Assembly: GCA_016188215.1 (NCBI GenBank)
Contig: JACPIF010000010.1
Span: 43,174-107,173, forward strand
Direction of reading: 5' to 3'
DNA from: Candidatus Woesearchaeota archaeon
GTDB taxonomy: Archaea > Nanobdellota > Nanobdellia > Woesearchaeales > JACPIF01
Length of the DNA stretch: 64,000 nt
This document shows positions 1 through 11,052 of the stretch, in pieces. A model generated the notes under the pieces. That model was not told the origin of the DNA. It worked only from the letters and a program-made list of their open reading frames with translations, and made no database searches. The stretch's first letter is position 1; each line of letters begins with the position of its first letter. The position numbers were made by a program, and so were the translations under genes.

Positions 1-282
1 GACGCATTTGCCTTCCATTACAGGAAGCGCAGCTTCCGCGCCGATATTCCCCAGGCCAAGGACCGCACTTCCATCGCTTACGACTGCTACTGTGTTGCTC
101 TTGAACGTGTAGTCATACACCTTGCCCTTGTCAGCTGCTATCTCCCTGCAAGGCTCAGCAACGCCGGGCGTGTAGGCAAGGCTTAAGTCATCCTTTGTTT
201 CAACCTTTACTTTTGGAAGAATTGATACTTTGCCTTTGTTTTTGGAATGAAGCTCCAGGGCTTTTCTTTTGAGATCATCCAT
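1..282 (-). CDS. maeA: NAD(P)-dependent malic enzyme, N-terminal part (gene continues beyond window start)
   Basis: Minus-strand translation from ATG (280-282) reads [73 protein letters not shown], the conserved malic-enzyme N-terminus. It is absent from the ORF track because no stop lies in the window. Confidence 0.6.
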   Translation of the reverse strand, partial: MDDLKRKALELHSKNKGKVSILPKVKVETKDDLSLAYTPGVAEPCREIAADKGKVYDYTFKSNTVAVVSDGSAVLGLGNIGAEAALPVMEGKCV

Positions 283-379
283 AATTTTTCAGTATTAGAA
301 CTGCTATTTAAATCTAGCCATAATACTTTACTCAGGCATATTAAAACTTTTCAGGTGCATGAAAAAGACTGGGGAATAG

Positions 380-1333
380 TCAGAGCCCCAGAAGCATGGT
401 AGAGATTCTAGCGGCATAAGCCACGTGCTGGTGTAAATATCGCCTGGGATGTCCTCTGGTCTCCGAGATATACTGAATTGCATTAAGAATGTTTGAAGGC
501 ACCATCTCATCCCAGGATTTCAGGCCTGGAAGCTTTTTCTCTGCGCACCGCTCAACCAAGCTAGGATACATGGATAAACACTGCTCATATCCGGTGATAA
601 GCGTCGGGATTCCATAAGCTCGGCCTCTTGCTTTTGTTTTTCTACTGGATATAGCTCTATAAAGATCCTCTGGACTTGTCCCCCTGAATTTTGTGTACGC
701 CGTAGCCCCGACCGGAAAATGCAAGTCACTTGCTCCAAGGACTGCAAACGGCTTTTTACCGTGCCAAACGCTATAGCCAGCCAATAGAAATTTCGTCCAG
801 TAGTTTGCTACCGTTTGAGTATATGGCGCGTTAATTACTTCAACAGCATCAAAAGGCAGTGTAAAAATCTTTCTCCCCACTCCCTTGTAATGCATTCCCT
901 CACCTCCAAACCCAACAAAAGGGAGTACAAGGAGCGTGAAAGGATGCGGCGCCACTGCAAGCCCGCCTTGCTCTTTTATGGCAGCTATGGTCTCGGAAGC
1001 GGACATCTTGTCTGGAACATGTTGCTTGAGATATAACCCTATAATGTGGCCTTCAAGAGAGGTGACCTCTTCGCCAGTCACAATTTTCGGATATATTTCC
1101 TGCTCCGACATGGATTGCCTATAGACATATTCAAGAATTCTGAGGGCACCTTCAAGCGTGTCGTGGTCAGTGATAGCTATGACATGGCGCGCCAACCTCC
1201 GCCTTTTGTCAAGCATCCTTAGATTCATCTGCCTGTAAATCTCAGCGACGTGCTCTGGAGAAAGATAAGAATCTCCATGCTTGCCATGAAAAGTATGGAT
1301 ATGCGTATCTGCCCTGCCTATGTGTCTGTTCAT
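380..1333 (-). CDS. PHP-domain metal-dependent phosphoesterase
   Basis: The 317-aa ORF has His-rich PHP motifs (HIHTFHGKHGDS.., ITDHDTLEGA, VAPHPF). Confidence 0.65.
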   Translation of the reverse strand: MNRHIGRADTHIHTFHGKHGDSYLSPEHVAEIYRQMNLRMLDKRRRLARHVIAITDHDTLEGALRILEYVYRQSMSEQEIYPKIVTGEEVTSLEGHIIGLYLKQHVPDKMSASETIAAIKEQGGLAVAPHPFTLLVLPFVGFGGEGMHYKGVGRKIFTLPFDAVEVINAPYTQTVANYWTKFLLAGYSVWHGKKPFAVLGASDLHFPVGATAYTKFRGTSPEDLYRAISSRKTKARGRAYGIPTLITGYEQCLSMYPSLVERCAEKKLPGLKSWDEMVPSNILNAIQYISETRGHPRRYLHQHVAYAARISTMLLGL

Positions 1334-1357
1334 TAGCCAATAATTCAGTGCATCAGT

Positions 1358-1801
1358 TTAAATAATCTTTGCAGATGAGTTCAGAGTTTTAATGAGGGAG
1401 ACGCAAGCCTCAGTGACCTGCTTGGCTCTCTTGATGCGGACAACTGCCTGCTCAGGCGTCATCTTTGGTCCATTAATGCCAAGCACCACGGGTTTGTTAT
1501 AAAGCAAAGAAAGCTCGCTCAGCTTCTCAGCAACTGTGTATGCAATAAGCTCGTCATGGCCTGTCTCGCCTTTTATTATAACTCCGAGCGTCACAATCCC
1601 GTCAACATCCTCTTTCTCAAGCATCATCCTGGCTGCAAGCGGAATATCAAAACTGCCTGGCACCTTAATCACTTTCTGCACTTTGACGTCAAGATTCTTT
1701 GCAGTAAGTTCAGCTAGCTCAAGCATCTTATCTGTTATTTCCTTGTGCATCTGTGATACCACTATGCCTATTTTGTGTTTCATGTCATCCTTATTGGGCA
1801 T
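1358..1801 (-). CDS. ribH: 6,7-dimethyl-8-ribityllumazine synthase
   Basis: The 147-aa product reads KIGIVVSQMHKEITDKMLE..VPGSFDIPLAA..GVIIKGETGHDELIA, the lumazine synthase fold and motifs. It sits beside ribC. Confidence 0.75.
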   Translation of the reverse strand: MPNKDDMKHKIGIVVSQMHKEITDKMLELAELTAKNLDVKVQKVIKVPGSFDIPLAARMMLEKEDVDGIVTLGVIIKGETGHDELIAYTVAEKLSELSLLYNKPVVLGINGPKMTPEQAVVRIKRAKQVTEACVSLIKTLNSSAKII

Positions 1802-1884
1802 ATTTAGTTTTTGGGCGCTTTTTTAAAAGCGCATGTTGAAAGGTTTCCTTTCCGAATGATGCTATTTTTTCGTTTTTTCCCAAA

Positions 1885-3065
<1,181 letters not shown>

Positions 3066-3226
3066 GCACCAAAAGAACATAGTTGCTACTTATAAATGTT
3101 ATGATACTTAAGAATGGGTAGGTATTTCTTTAGAGGACATCATCCCACCTTTCATCGTACGGGTTACTCCAAGTTCTCCTCAAAGATGATTCGCTCAGTA
3201 ACATAAAAGCTTTAGTTTCATTCACC

Positions 3227-3475
3227 CTAAGCCAATCCAAGTGCCTTCTTAATAGCAGGCTTATCAAAGCCAACGATAATCTCTTCTCCAATCTCTATGA
3301 CCGGCACGCCCATCTGGCCGCTCTTCTCTATCATGTGCTCGGCAGCCTCGCGGTTTGCAGATACATCTATATCGTCAAACTCTACCTTGTTCGCCTTGAA
3401 GAACTCCTTAGCCATTTTGCAGTAAGGGCATGTCGGAGTTGAATAGATAATGACCTTTTGCTTTGCTTTTGCCAT
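3227..3475 (-). CDS. glutaredoxin-like protein (CPYC)
   Basis: The 82-aa product reads VIIYSTPTCPYCKMAKEFF..GQMGVPVIEIGEEIIVGFD, a glutaredoxin/NrdH fold. Confidence 0.75.
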   Translation of the reverse strand: MAKAKQKVIIYSTPTCPYCKMAKEFFKANKVEFDDIDVSANREAAEHMIEKSGQMGVPVIEIGEEIIVGFDKPAIKKALGLA

Positions 3476-3721
3476 CTTAATGCCTTTTCAACTTGGATAG
3501 GAATATTGGTATATATATTTTATCCCTTAATAATCGGATATCCGATATTTAGGCCTTATATCCTTTAAAAGACTTGTGAATAAAGCAAGCAAAATCTTTA
3601 TAAATAGGTAAGTCTTACACTTACTGTAAAGGTAAAGTTTGGGTAGAATTTACATTCATTTTAAATGCAGCACGGCATGGGGTTTTTGACACCTCTTTTC
3701 CTCATGCCAGTGCTCATTTCC

Positions 3722-3931
3722 TTATAATGGGTATGGGTAAGCTATTTCTGAGCAATAGGAACTTAGGCTTTGATTCACATCAGCTATAATAGGTTTTGGA
3801 ATGCTTCCTCTCTTGTATGGCGGGTTATAGATCTTATCTTCTTTGCTATATGTCTGAAGCTCTGAGCAACCAATTAGAAGTAGTGCAACTAATGCAAAAC
3901 TAACAAACCTGGTGTAGCGAGACATATTCAA
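3722..3931 (-). CDS. small lipoprotein candidate
   Basis: There is a signal peptide with a LIGC lipobox. It is short and overlaps the next ORF by 30 nt. Confidence 0.3.
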   Translation of the reverse strand: MNMSRYTRFVSFALVALLLIGCSELQTYSKEDKIYNPPYKRGSIPKPIIADVNQSLSSYCSEIAYPYPL

Positions 3932-4502
3932 TATGGGGCAAAGCCCCTTGATAATCCTTTTGTTCGGCTTTTTCTATAGCAAGCTTGGCTTCCTGCTTAA
4001 GCCTGTCAAAGTCACGGTAGTATGCAGGCAGGAGCTTTCTGGCCTCTTCTGACTGCCTTACCCAATCCTCGTAACCATTATTAGAAGCTTGTGCAGCATG
4101 CTCTATCCTATCTGTATCATTGAAAGCTATGTAAAGCTTGAGATGGTCTATTTCATGGGGAACACAGATTAAGGGTTCACCTGTTTCAACATAGGAATAG
4201 ATGAAAGACAAACTATGGCCAATATGCTCTCCCTGATTGTGCTCAGCGAGCCATAGTGTTTCTAAATAGAAGTCTTCCATTGCGTGATCTTCCAGAGGAA
4301 GCACCAACTCAATGCCCCTTATATCTTCTGGCGTCAAATTTCTGGTGTAGCTTTCTAATTCAAGTTCGCCAATGGCAGCTAGTATCTGCTCCTTGCGCTC
4401 AAATGATTTCCGTCCTATCTCAGGCTGCTCATTGACAACAGCTGCGTTGCAGCCTGCAAGGAAAATTGCTAAAATGATAAACAATGCAAGAATCTGCTTC
4501 AT
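3900..4502 (-). CDS. lipoprotein of unknown function
   Basis: There is a signal peptide with lipobox LAGCNAA. The rest has no recognisable family. Confidence 0.45.
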   Translation of the reverse strand: MKQILALFIILAIFLAGCNAAVVNEQPEIGRKSFERKEQILAAIGELELESYTRNLTPEDIRGIELVLPLEDHAMEDFYLETLWLAEHNQGEHIGHSLSFIYSYVETGEPLICVPHEIDHLKLYIAFNDTDRIEHAAQASNNGYEDWVRQSEEARKLLPAYYRDFDRLKQEAKLAIEKAEQKDYQGALPHIEYVSLHQVC

Positions 4503-4553
4503 TGTTTTACAAGAGATGTAAAGCTTACTTATAAAGGTTTTGGAATTCTGCGA

Positions 4554-5129
4554 TTAGGAATCAAGAGCCTTTTTGATCTCTTGTTCCATAATTTCCTTAG
4601 TTATCTTACCAAAGAATCTGTTTGTAATAATCCCCTCTTTATTTATGAAGTATGTAACGGGCATGCCCCTCAGGATGTATACGTTTGACACATCTTCATT
4701 GCTGTCCAGCAGTATAGGATAGGTGACTGAAACAGGAAGGTTTTCTTTGGCATAAGAAAATGCAATCTCTTTCTTTTCCCCGCGGTTTACGCCTAAGATA
4801 ACAGCATCATCTTCATGCTTTTTGCCGACTGCCTCAAAATCAGGCATCTCGTCCAAGCAAAACGGGCACCAGGACGCCCAGAAGTTGAGGACAACAACCT
4901 TTTCACCTCTGAAATCAGAGAGCTTTATCAGCTTGCCATCCAAATCCTGCAATATAAAGTTTGGGGCTTGTGCGCCTATCTCTATGCCTGTTTGAGGGGT
5001 TTTCTTAACACCAAGGACCTGCCCCTGAGGGATACCGCTTGTTGCATAGGGTTTTTCTATCAGTACAATGGCAACGATGATTGCGGCAACAGCAATTCCG
5101 AGCAGAATATGTTTCGTATTCTTCTTCAT
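4554..5129 (-). CDS. membrane-anchored TlpA/ResA-family thiol-disulfide oxidoreductase
   Basis: An N-terminal TM anchor is followed by a thioredoxin fold with the WASWCPFC motif. Confidence 0.75.
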   Translation of the reverse strand: MKKNTKHILLGIAVAAIIVAIVLIEKPYATSGIPQGQVLGVKKTPQTGIEIGAQAPNFILQDLDGKLIKLSDFRGEKVVVLNFWASWCPFCLDEMPDFEAVGKKHEDDAVILGVNRGEKKEIAFSYAKENLPVSVTYPILLDSNEDVSNVYILRGMPVTYFINKEGIITNRFFGKITKEIMEQEIKKALDS

Positions 5130-5188
5130 AATGAGAAAGAGAATTTGCCTCTATTTAAACATTTATCAGATTTGGATTATGAAACAAA

Positions 5189-5830
5189 TTAAAGCTTCAC
5201 ATCATTCCTTAGTTCAGCAATGGCCTTTTCCGGATTCTCAGAGAACATTATAGCAGAGCCAACCACAATCTGGTTAACCCCTTCTTTAGCAGCTAAACGC
5301 GCAGTGCCGACTTTCATAGAGCCGTCTGTCTCTATAACAATAGTGCTGTTTAGTTTCCTGACCTGCTTTATTTTCTTGAGAGCATCCTCTACGAACGGGG
5401 CGCCATACTGCCCTGGAACTACAGTCATTATCACTACCTGATCCAGCTTTGGGATAAGGTTCCTGATGGTTGATACCGGGGTATCCGGGTTTATTGCAAT
5501 GCCTGCCCTGCGCTTCTTCCCCTTTATCCGCACAATTGTGTCCAGCGCTTCCTTCTCGCCACTGCATGCCTCGTAATGGAATATCACTGTGTCACAGTAT
5601 GGTGTGTAATCCTTTACGTGCAGCCAGGGCTCCTCTATCATAAGGTGAGCTTCTACCTTTGGCTTTATTTTTACCCCTTTGAGAGCATCACTGGCGACTG
5701 TCTTAGAAGCAACAAATGAGCCGTCCATCACGTCAAAGTGGAGCTTTTTTGCCAAATCCCCCACTTTTTTCAGCTTGGCAAGAAAATCATCCTTGCTGAA
5801 TGCTATGATGGAGGGGATTATCTCAACCAT
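5189..5830 (-). CDS. rpe: ribulose-phosphate 3-epimerase
   Basis: PSIIAFSKDD..HFDVMDGSFV..EAHLMIEEP..VIMTVVPGQYGAPF..VIETDGSM are the typical Rpe motifs. Confidence 0.8.
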   Translation of the reverse strand: MVEIIPSIIAFSKDDFLAKLKKVGDLAKKLHFDVMDGSFVASKTVASDALKGVKIKPKVEAHLMIEEPWLHVKDYTPYCDTVIFHYEACSGEKEALDTIVRIKGKKRRAGIAINPDTPVSTIRNLIPKLDQVVIMTVVPGQYGAPFVEDALKKIKQVRKLNSTIVIETDGSMKVGTARLAAKEGVNQIVVGSAIMFSENPEKAIAELRNDVKL

Positions 5831-5832
5831 TG

Positions 5833-6345
5833 TTAATGTTCCATATCACTAATCATATCCAGCCTTCTCTGATGCCTGCCGCCTTCAAACTTTGTTGTGA
5901 GGAAAATATCGATAAGTTTCTTGACCTTTATCAAGCTAATTTTCTTAGGCTTTAAGTCCATAAGCACTTTTTCACCTTTCATCTTGCTAAGCTTTTTGTA
6001 AAATCCTGTGAAATCAAGTCCGTTCAGGCACAGGACATTGATATTGTTGTGGCTTCTTCCAAGGTAGACAGCATCTTCAGTTGTAAGCTCAGCAGCCCTT
6101 ATCCCTTTCACCTTATTTGCAGCTATCGCAACACCAGTGCCAGAGCCGCATACAATAATCCCCCTGCTTTCAGGATCTTTGGCAACAGCTTCTGCAACCT
6201 TCCTGGCGTATACAGGGTAATCATCATCCTTATCAAATGCCGCAGGCCCTGCATCAACTGCCGGCACCTTCCTGCCTTTAAGGTACTTTACAATATCATT
6301 CTTGAGAAAGAAGCCGTTATGGTCTGCGCCTACGATGACCTTCAT
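5833..6345 (-). CDS. rpiB: ribose-5-phosphate isomerase B
   Basis: MKVIVGADHNGF..GIIVCGSGTGVAIAANKVKGIRAA is the RpiB/LacAB signature. Start is placed at the internal ATG 6343-6345 (MKVIVGADH). Confidence 0.8.
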   Translation of the reverse strand: MKVIVGADHNGFFLKNDIVKYLKGRKVPAVDAGPAAFDKDDDYPVYARKVAEAVAKDPESRGIIVCGSGTGVAIAANKVKGIRAAELTTEDAVYLGRSHNNINVLCLNGLDFTGFYKKLSKMKGEKVLMDLKPKKISLIKVKKLIDIFLTTKFEGGRHQRRLDMISDMEH

Positions 6346-6409
6346 GTAATAAACCAGTATCAAGACATATTTAAAGGTATCTGGCTTCACTTATGTCTTA
6401 GTTGTTGAA

Positions 6410-6480
6410 TCTCCCCAGCCGGATTTGAACCAGCACACATCGGGTTACAGCCGATTGCTCTGCCATTGAGCTATGGGGAG
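6410..6480 (-). tRNA. tRNA-Tyr (anticodon GTA), class I (short variable arm, archaeal type)
   Basis: The minus-strand sequence is CTCCCCA-TA-GCTC-AATGGCA-GAGC-A-ATCGG-CTGTAAC-CCGAT-GTGT-GCTGG-TTCAAAT-CCGGC-TGGGGAG. It has a 7-bp acceptor stem, D, anticodon and T arms, and a T-loop TTCAAAT. No CCA is encoded. Confidence 0.8.
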
Positions 6481-6703
6481 AATAAAGCAAAGCTAGCAAA
6501 CAATGACGGCCTGAATTAAACCAGAATTATGAATTAAAGGAGAAAATTTCACAGTCTGGGAAAACAGGCCAGACTACAGATAATAGTAGAATCTAAAGTT
6601 AGGACTAGCAAAAACTTCTGCACTACAATTCATTATATGTATTTTTGCTGTCATAATACGTAATAATACGTAATTAGTTTGAATAGCTATTTAAACATTT
6701 TGA

Positions 6704-7633
6704 TTAGCCTTTCCCAGCACTACCAAACAGCATAATCCTTCTCTCAACGGTCTGCTGCACAAGCTGTTTGGCAGGGTTCAGTATTTTCCGCGGATCAAAC
6801 TCTCCAGGATTCTTTGCAAGGAACTCCCGCTCTGCAGCTGTGAATGAAAGCCGCAAGTCTGTGTCTGTGTTAATCTTGCAGATGCCATTCTTAATGGCCT
6901 GTTGTATCTGGGAGTCTGGGACACCGGATACATCCTGCAGTTTCGCGCCATATTTTACTGCTTTCTTTACAATATCCTTTGGAACGCCCGATGCCCCGTG
7001 CAGCACTAATGGAATCTTTACCTTGCTCCTTATCTGCTTGAGACGCTTTATATCAAGCCTGCCGCTGCCCTTGAACTTGTAAGCTCCGTGTGACGTGCCA
7101 ATTGCGACTGCAAGGCTATCTACACATGTCTTTTCAACAAATTGCTTTGCATATGCAGGATCAGTCAGGATAATCCTGCGCGCTTCCACCTTGTCCTCAG
7201 CTCCTCCTATAGTGCCCAGCTCAGCCTCAACAGAAACTCCTTTTTTATGGCAAAGAGCAACTACTTTTTTCGTAACTGCAACATTCTTGCGAAATTCGTA
7301 TTGAGAAGCGTCTATCATAACAGATGTGTAGCCTTCCCTGATGCACTGCTTTATAGTGTTGAGGCTCTTTCCATGGTCAAGGTGCAGCACAATAGGAATC
7401 TTGCTCTCGTGAGCAGCAGTCTTGATCATGCCTGCGAGATATTTCAGGCCAGCATACTCTATGGCGCCTTCTGTAGTCTGTAGTATAACCGGAGACCTTA
7501 GCTTCATGGCAGCAGCCACAATAGCCTGCATCATCTCAAGGTCATTGACGTTAAAAGCTCCAACTGCATACCTGCCTTTTTGGGCCTTAGAAAGCACCTC
7601 TTTTGAGCTGACGAGCATAGTTTCATTATTCAT
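6704..7633 (-). CDS. fba: class II fructose-bisphosphate aldolase
   Basis: GRYAVGAFNVNDLEMMQAIV..PVILQTTEGA..IVLHLDHG..HGAYKF are the class II FBA/tagatose-BP aldolase motifs. Confidence 0.8.
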   Translation of the reverse strand: MNNETMLVSSKEVLSKAQKGRYAVGAFNVNDLEMMQAIVAAAMKLRSPVILQTTEGAIEYAGLKYLAGMIKTAAHESKIPIVLHLDHGKSLNTIKQCIREGYTSVMIDASQYEFRKNVAVTKKVVALCHKKGVSVEAELGTIGGAEDKVEARRIILTDPAYAKQFVEKTCVDSLAVAIGTSHGAYKFKGSGRLDIKRLKQIRSKVKIPLVLHGASGVPKDIVKKAVKYGAKLQDVSGVPDSQIQQAIKNGICKINTDTDLRLSFTAAEREFLAKNPGEFDPRKILNPAKQLVQQTVERRIMLFGSAGKG

Positions 7634-7702
7634 TAAATGATTATATAATAGTTTTGATTTGAAAGCAACTTTCTTATATCACCTCTTTCTTCTATCATCC
7701 AA

Positions 7703-8002
7703 ATGAAAAACCTAATCTGGTATCTCCTTTTAGGAACAAGAGGTGGGGAAACAAGAGCCAAGATTCTCCTTGCTATTAACAAGAAGCCGATGAACGCAAA
7801 CCAGCTTGCTACCCGCCTTAAGCTTGATTACAAGACAATTCAGCACCATGTAAAGATTTTGACTGATAACCGGTTGCTTGCTCCGATAAACAATGGCAAA
7901 TACGGGGCAGCCTACTTTATCTCTGAAGAAATGAAAAGCCTATGGAAGGAGTTTGGCAAGGTTTGGGCTCAATTTGGGAATAATCTGGGAAAAAGTAAAT
8001 AA
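7703..8002 (+). CDS. winged-helix (ArsR/TrmB-like) transcriptional regulator
   Basis: The HTH segment is TRAKILLAINKKPMNANQLATRLKLDYKTIQHHVKILTDNRLL. Confidence 0.5.
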   Translation: MKNLIWYLLLGTRGGETRAKILLAINKKPMNANQLATRLKLDYKTIQHHVKILTDNRLLAPINNGKYGAAYFISEEMKSLWKEFGKVWAQFGNNLGKSK

Positions 8003-8027
8003 ACAGCAAAGGGATGGGTGATCTACA

Positions 8028-8312
8028 ATGGAACTTGAGATGCAGGCGACATTTGCGCTTACAGGCATAAACATACTGCTGTTACTTTCGTTGGCATACA
8101 TATACGGAAGGAACTGGATGAAAGTAAAGACAAGCTTCAGCACCGGCCTGCTGCTGTTCACTGCCATATTCCTCATCCAAAGCATCACTTCATTTTACTT
8201 TTACATGACTGAGATGCCTTACTTTGTCGAGATGGTGAGCCTGCACGTATTGATACTTACCGTGCTTCAGACTATAGCGTTTTCAGTGCTGAATGTAATA
8301 TCATGGAAATGA
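8028..8312 (+). CDS. small membrane protein (3 predicted TM)
   Basis: Only hydrophobic segments are seen, with no family recognised. Confidence 0.35.
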   Translation: MELEMQATFALTGINILLLLSLAYIYGRNWMKVKTSFSTGLLLFTAIFLIQSITSFYFYMTEMPYFVEMVSLHVLILTVLQTIAFSVLNVISWK

Positions 8313-8471
8313 AAGGGTAAACTATAACAAAGAGCAACGGGTTGAGCTGTGTGGTATGTGTCCTCCGTTATCGGTAGAACCACAAAAGTACGGAGGACTT
8401 GTTGAAGTGCACAGTTGGTGCTCGTTGTGCAAAAGAGTAGTTTTCCAAATAAAGACTATGGAGGTATAACC

Positions 8472-9230
8472 ATGAGAATCATAACACTATTCGTTGCTCT
8501 ACTGGCACTATCTGTTTTTGTTGCAGGATGCACCAATGCAGTTACACAAGACAATCAGATGGTGGAAAAGAAAGCAATGGAAGGTAAGAATGTCATGGAC
8601 AATGAAATGATGGCAGAGGAAGGCTTTGAGATGAAGGATGGGAAGATGCTCATGGTGAATGAAAAGACAAAGGCCATGGTCCTGATGACAGAAAATGCTA
8701 TACTAGCGGATGGGACTAAGGTAAGCACGGCTGGCCAGATTATGAGGCCTAACGGCACTATTTTTATGCTTCAAGAAGGGGAATCTATATGGATGGACGG
8801 CTCTTTCATGAAGGCTGGGGAAGTGATGGAAGAAGAATCAGGTATGATGGGAAAAGATGAATATAGAGGAGCAATCCTTGCAGGCACTACAACTCCATAC
8901 CTAGATTTCAATAAAGAAGACTACGATAAGGCTTTGGCAGAGAATAAAGTTATTCTGCTCAATTTTTATGCAAGCTGGTGCCCCACATGCAAAGCTGAGC
9001 ATCCTGAGGCAGTTGCTGCCTTTAATGAGCTGAATCTTCCTAATGTTATGGGTTTCAGGGTCCACTTTAAGGATGATTTTGCAGGGGCAGACGAAACCGC
9101 GCTTGCAAAGCAGTTCGGCATTCCGTACCAGCACACGAAGGTCATAATAAAGAATGGGGAAAGAGTGCTAAAAGCGCCCGATGCTTGGGACAAGCAAAGG
9201 TATATAAGCGAAATTACAAGGTACTCATAA
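8472..9230 (+). CDS. lipoprotein with Met-rich repeat domain and C-terminal thioredoxin-like domain
   Basis: The SD GGAGGT lies 6 nt before ATG 8472. The product has a lipobox VAGCTNA, a Met-rich region (MxxM, KDGKMLMVNEK..) and then NFYASWCPTCKAEHPE. Confidence 0.6.
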   Translation: MRIITLFVALLALSVFVAGCTNAVTQDNQMVEKKAMEGKNVMDNEMMAEEGFEMKDGKMLMVNEKTKAMVLMTENAILADGTKVSTAGQIMRPNGTIFMLQEGESIWMDGSFMKAGEVMEEESGMMGKDEYRGAILAGTTTPYLDFNKEDYDKALAENKVILLNFYASWCPTCKAEHPEAVAAFNELNLPNVMGFRVHFKDDFAGADETALAKQFGIPYQHTKVIIKNGERVLKAPDAWDKQRYISEITRYS

Positions 9231-9231
9231 C

Positions 9232-9939
9232 ATGGTTGAAGTCAGCGTTATTGCAGCATTTCTTGCAGGCATCGTATCGTTCCTGAGCCCCTGCGTGCTG
9301 CCCATCATACCTGGATTCCTTGCATACCTTTCCGGAACTTCGTTTGATAATCCTGCAGGTGCACGCTGGAGGATATTTTTCAACAGCGTTGCATTTGTGC
9401 TGGGATTCTCTCTGGTTTTTGCATTGCTGGGAGTATTGCTCAATACAGTGCTTGACAGAATAGCATATTCAACCCAACTATGGCTTTCTCGGATAGGAGG
9501 AATTATCATCATCTTGTTTGGCCTGTATCTGCTTGGCTTGATCAAAGTTAATTTCCTTGAGCGGGAGCATAAGCTTAAGGTAAAAAAGAGGTTTAGCATC
9601 ACTTATGTAACCTCTTTCATCTTTGGAGCAGCATTTGCAGTGGGCTGGACACCATGTGTTGGAGCAGTGCTAGGCTCGATATTCGCATTGGCTGTCTCAA
9701 ATCCGGGCACCAGCTTCCTGCTCCTGAGCAGCTATGCCGTCGGATTGGGCATCCCGTTCCTGCTTGTAGGGTTGTTCTCGGCTCAGGCACTGACATTCAT
9801 AAACAAGCTTGGGCCATTCTTACGGTACTTCAACATAGTCATAGGCATACTGCTCATCATACTGGGCATACTTGTCTTTACGCAAACGCTTAACGTGATA
9901 GCTAATTTCAGCCTGCTCAATTATTTTCTCCTGAAATAA
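9232..9939 (+). CDS. ccdA: cytochrome c-type biogenesis / disulfide electron transporter CcdA (DsbD family)
   Basis: The 6-TM protein has LSPCVLPIIPGFLAY and a second conserved Cys (WTPCVGAVLG). Confidence 0.8.
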   Translation: MVEVSVIAAFLAGIVSFLSPCVLPIIPGFLAYLSGTSFDNPAGARWRIFFNSVAFVLGFSLVFALLGVLLNTVLDRIAYSTQLWLSRIGGIIIILFGLYLLGLIKVNFLEREHKLKVKKRFSITYVTSFIFGAAFAVGWTPCVGAVLGSIFALAVSNPGTSFLLLSSYAVGLGIPFLLVGLFSAQALTFINKLGPFLRYFNIVIGILLIILGILVFTQTLNVIANFSLLNYFLLK

Positions 9940-9942
9940 AAA

Positions 9943-11052
9943 ATGGCACCTATAAAACGCTCTAGAAGTATCCAAAATAGGTACAAGAATTACATTCTTC
10001 TTGGACTTCTATTTGCCATTATACTGTCAATATTCTTTATACAGAAACTGAAGGTACAGCAAGGCAATACAACTGTGACTGAGCTTTCAGTAAAGGACAG
10101 CTCAGAAAGGGTAGAAGATAAAGCTGGACAGTATTCGCGGGCTGTTGAGCTTGTTAATCCTGATGGATACATCAATACTGGTGATAAGCCCATAACGATA
10201 GCAGAGCATATAGGGAAGGATGTCATATTGGTAGACTTCTGGACATACAGCTGCATCAACTGCCAAAGAACTCTCCCTTACCTTACTGCATGGCATGAAA
10301 AGTATGGCGATAAGGGGCTGGTCATAATAGGGATTCATACACCTGAGTTTGATTTTGAAAAGGATTATGACAATGTAAAAAGAGCTGTGGAGAAATTTGG
10401 CATTAAATATCCGGTGGTGCAGGATAATAATTACCAGACATGGAGAGCCTACCAGAACAGGTACTGGCCGCATAAATATCTGATTGACATAGACGGCTTT
10501 ATTGTCTATGACCACATTGGGGAAGGGGCGTATGAAGAGACTGAACGGAAGATACAAGAGCTGCTTGAGGAAAGGAATACTGTCCTGCGGATGAAGGAAG
10601 AAATCAGTAAGGATATCGCACAGCCTGAGGCTGAGAAGCCTGGTGCAATTGGTACTCCTGAGATATACTTCGGGTATGGGTTCTCAAGAAACCAGATGGG
10701 CAATGCAGAAGGGTGGCAGCCTGGGAAGACCGTTGCTTATATGATCCCTGACAAGGCACAGCCCAATAAGTTCTACTTGCAGGGCGAATGGCTCAACAAC
10801 AAGGACAACATGGAGCTCAAGAGCCAGGGCGCTATCCTGCTTGCTTATTTTGCAAAGAACGTCAACCTAGTTGCAGGAGCGGAAGAGCCTGTTGAAATAA
10901 CCGTGCTCTTGGACGGAGAAGAATACAGGAAGCTGACTGTCTCTGATTTTGACCTTTACAATATAGTGTCAATGAACGAGAGCAATACCCATGTTTTAGA
11001 AATTGTAGCTTCAAAGCCGGGATTGATGGCTTATACGTTTACGTTTGGTTAA
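9943..11052 (+). CDS. membrane-anchored thioredoxin-like protein (DipZ C-terminal-domain type, CxxC = CINC)
   Basis: A TM anchor is followed by DFWTYSCINCQRTLPYL..IIGIHTPEFDFEK..YWPHKYLID. The gene immediately follows ccdA (a split DipZ arrangement). It is a paralog of 22725-23714. Confidence 0.7.
   Translation: MAPIKRSRSIQNRYKNYILLGLLFAIILSIFFIQKLKVQQGNTTVTELSVKDSSERVEDKAGQYSRAVELVNPDGYINTGDKPITIAEHIGKDVILVDFWTYSCINCQRTLPYLTAWHEKYGDKGLVIIGIHTPEFDFEKDYDNVKRAVEKFGIKYPVVQDNNYQTWRAYQNRYWPHKYLIDIDGFIVYDHIGEGAYEETERKIQELLEERNTVLRMKEEISKDIAQPEAEKPGAIGTPEIYFGYGFSRNQMGNAEGWQPGKTVAYMIPDKAQPNKFYLQGEWLNNKDNMELKSQGAILLAYFAKNVNLVAGAEEPVEITVLLDGEEYRKLTVSDFDLYNIVSMNESNTHVLEIVASKPGLMAYTFTFG

Noticed and set aside
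328-510. 60-aa ORF on minus strand
   Set aside because: It lies entirely within or overlaps the PHP-domain gene region in another frame, with no support.
5286-5567. 93-aa ORF inside rpe on the same strand but in a different frame
   Set aside because: It is embedded in the well-supported Rpe frame. Its composition (Arg/Gly/Cys-rich) is typical of out-of-frame translation.
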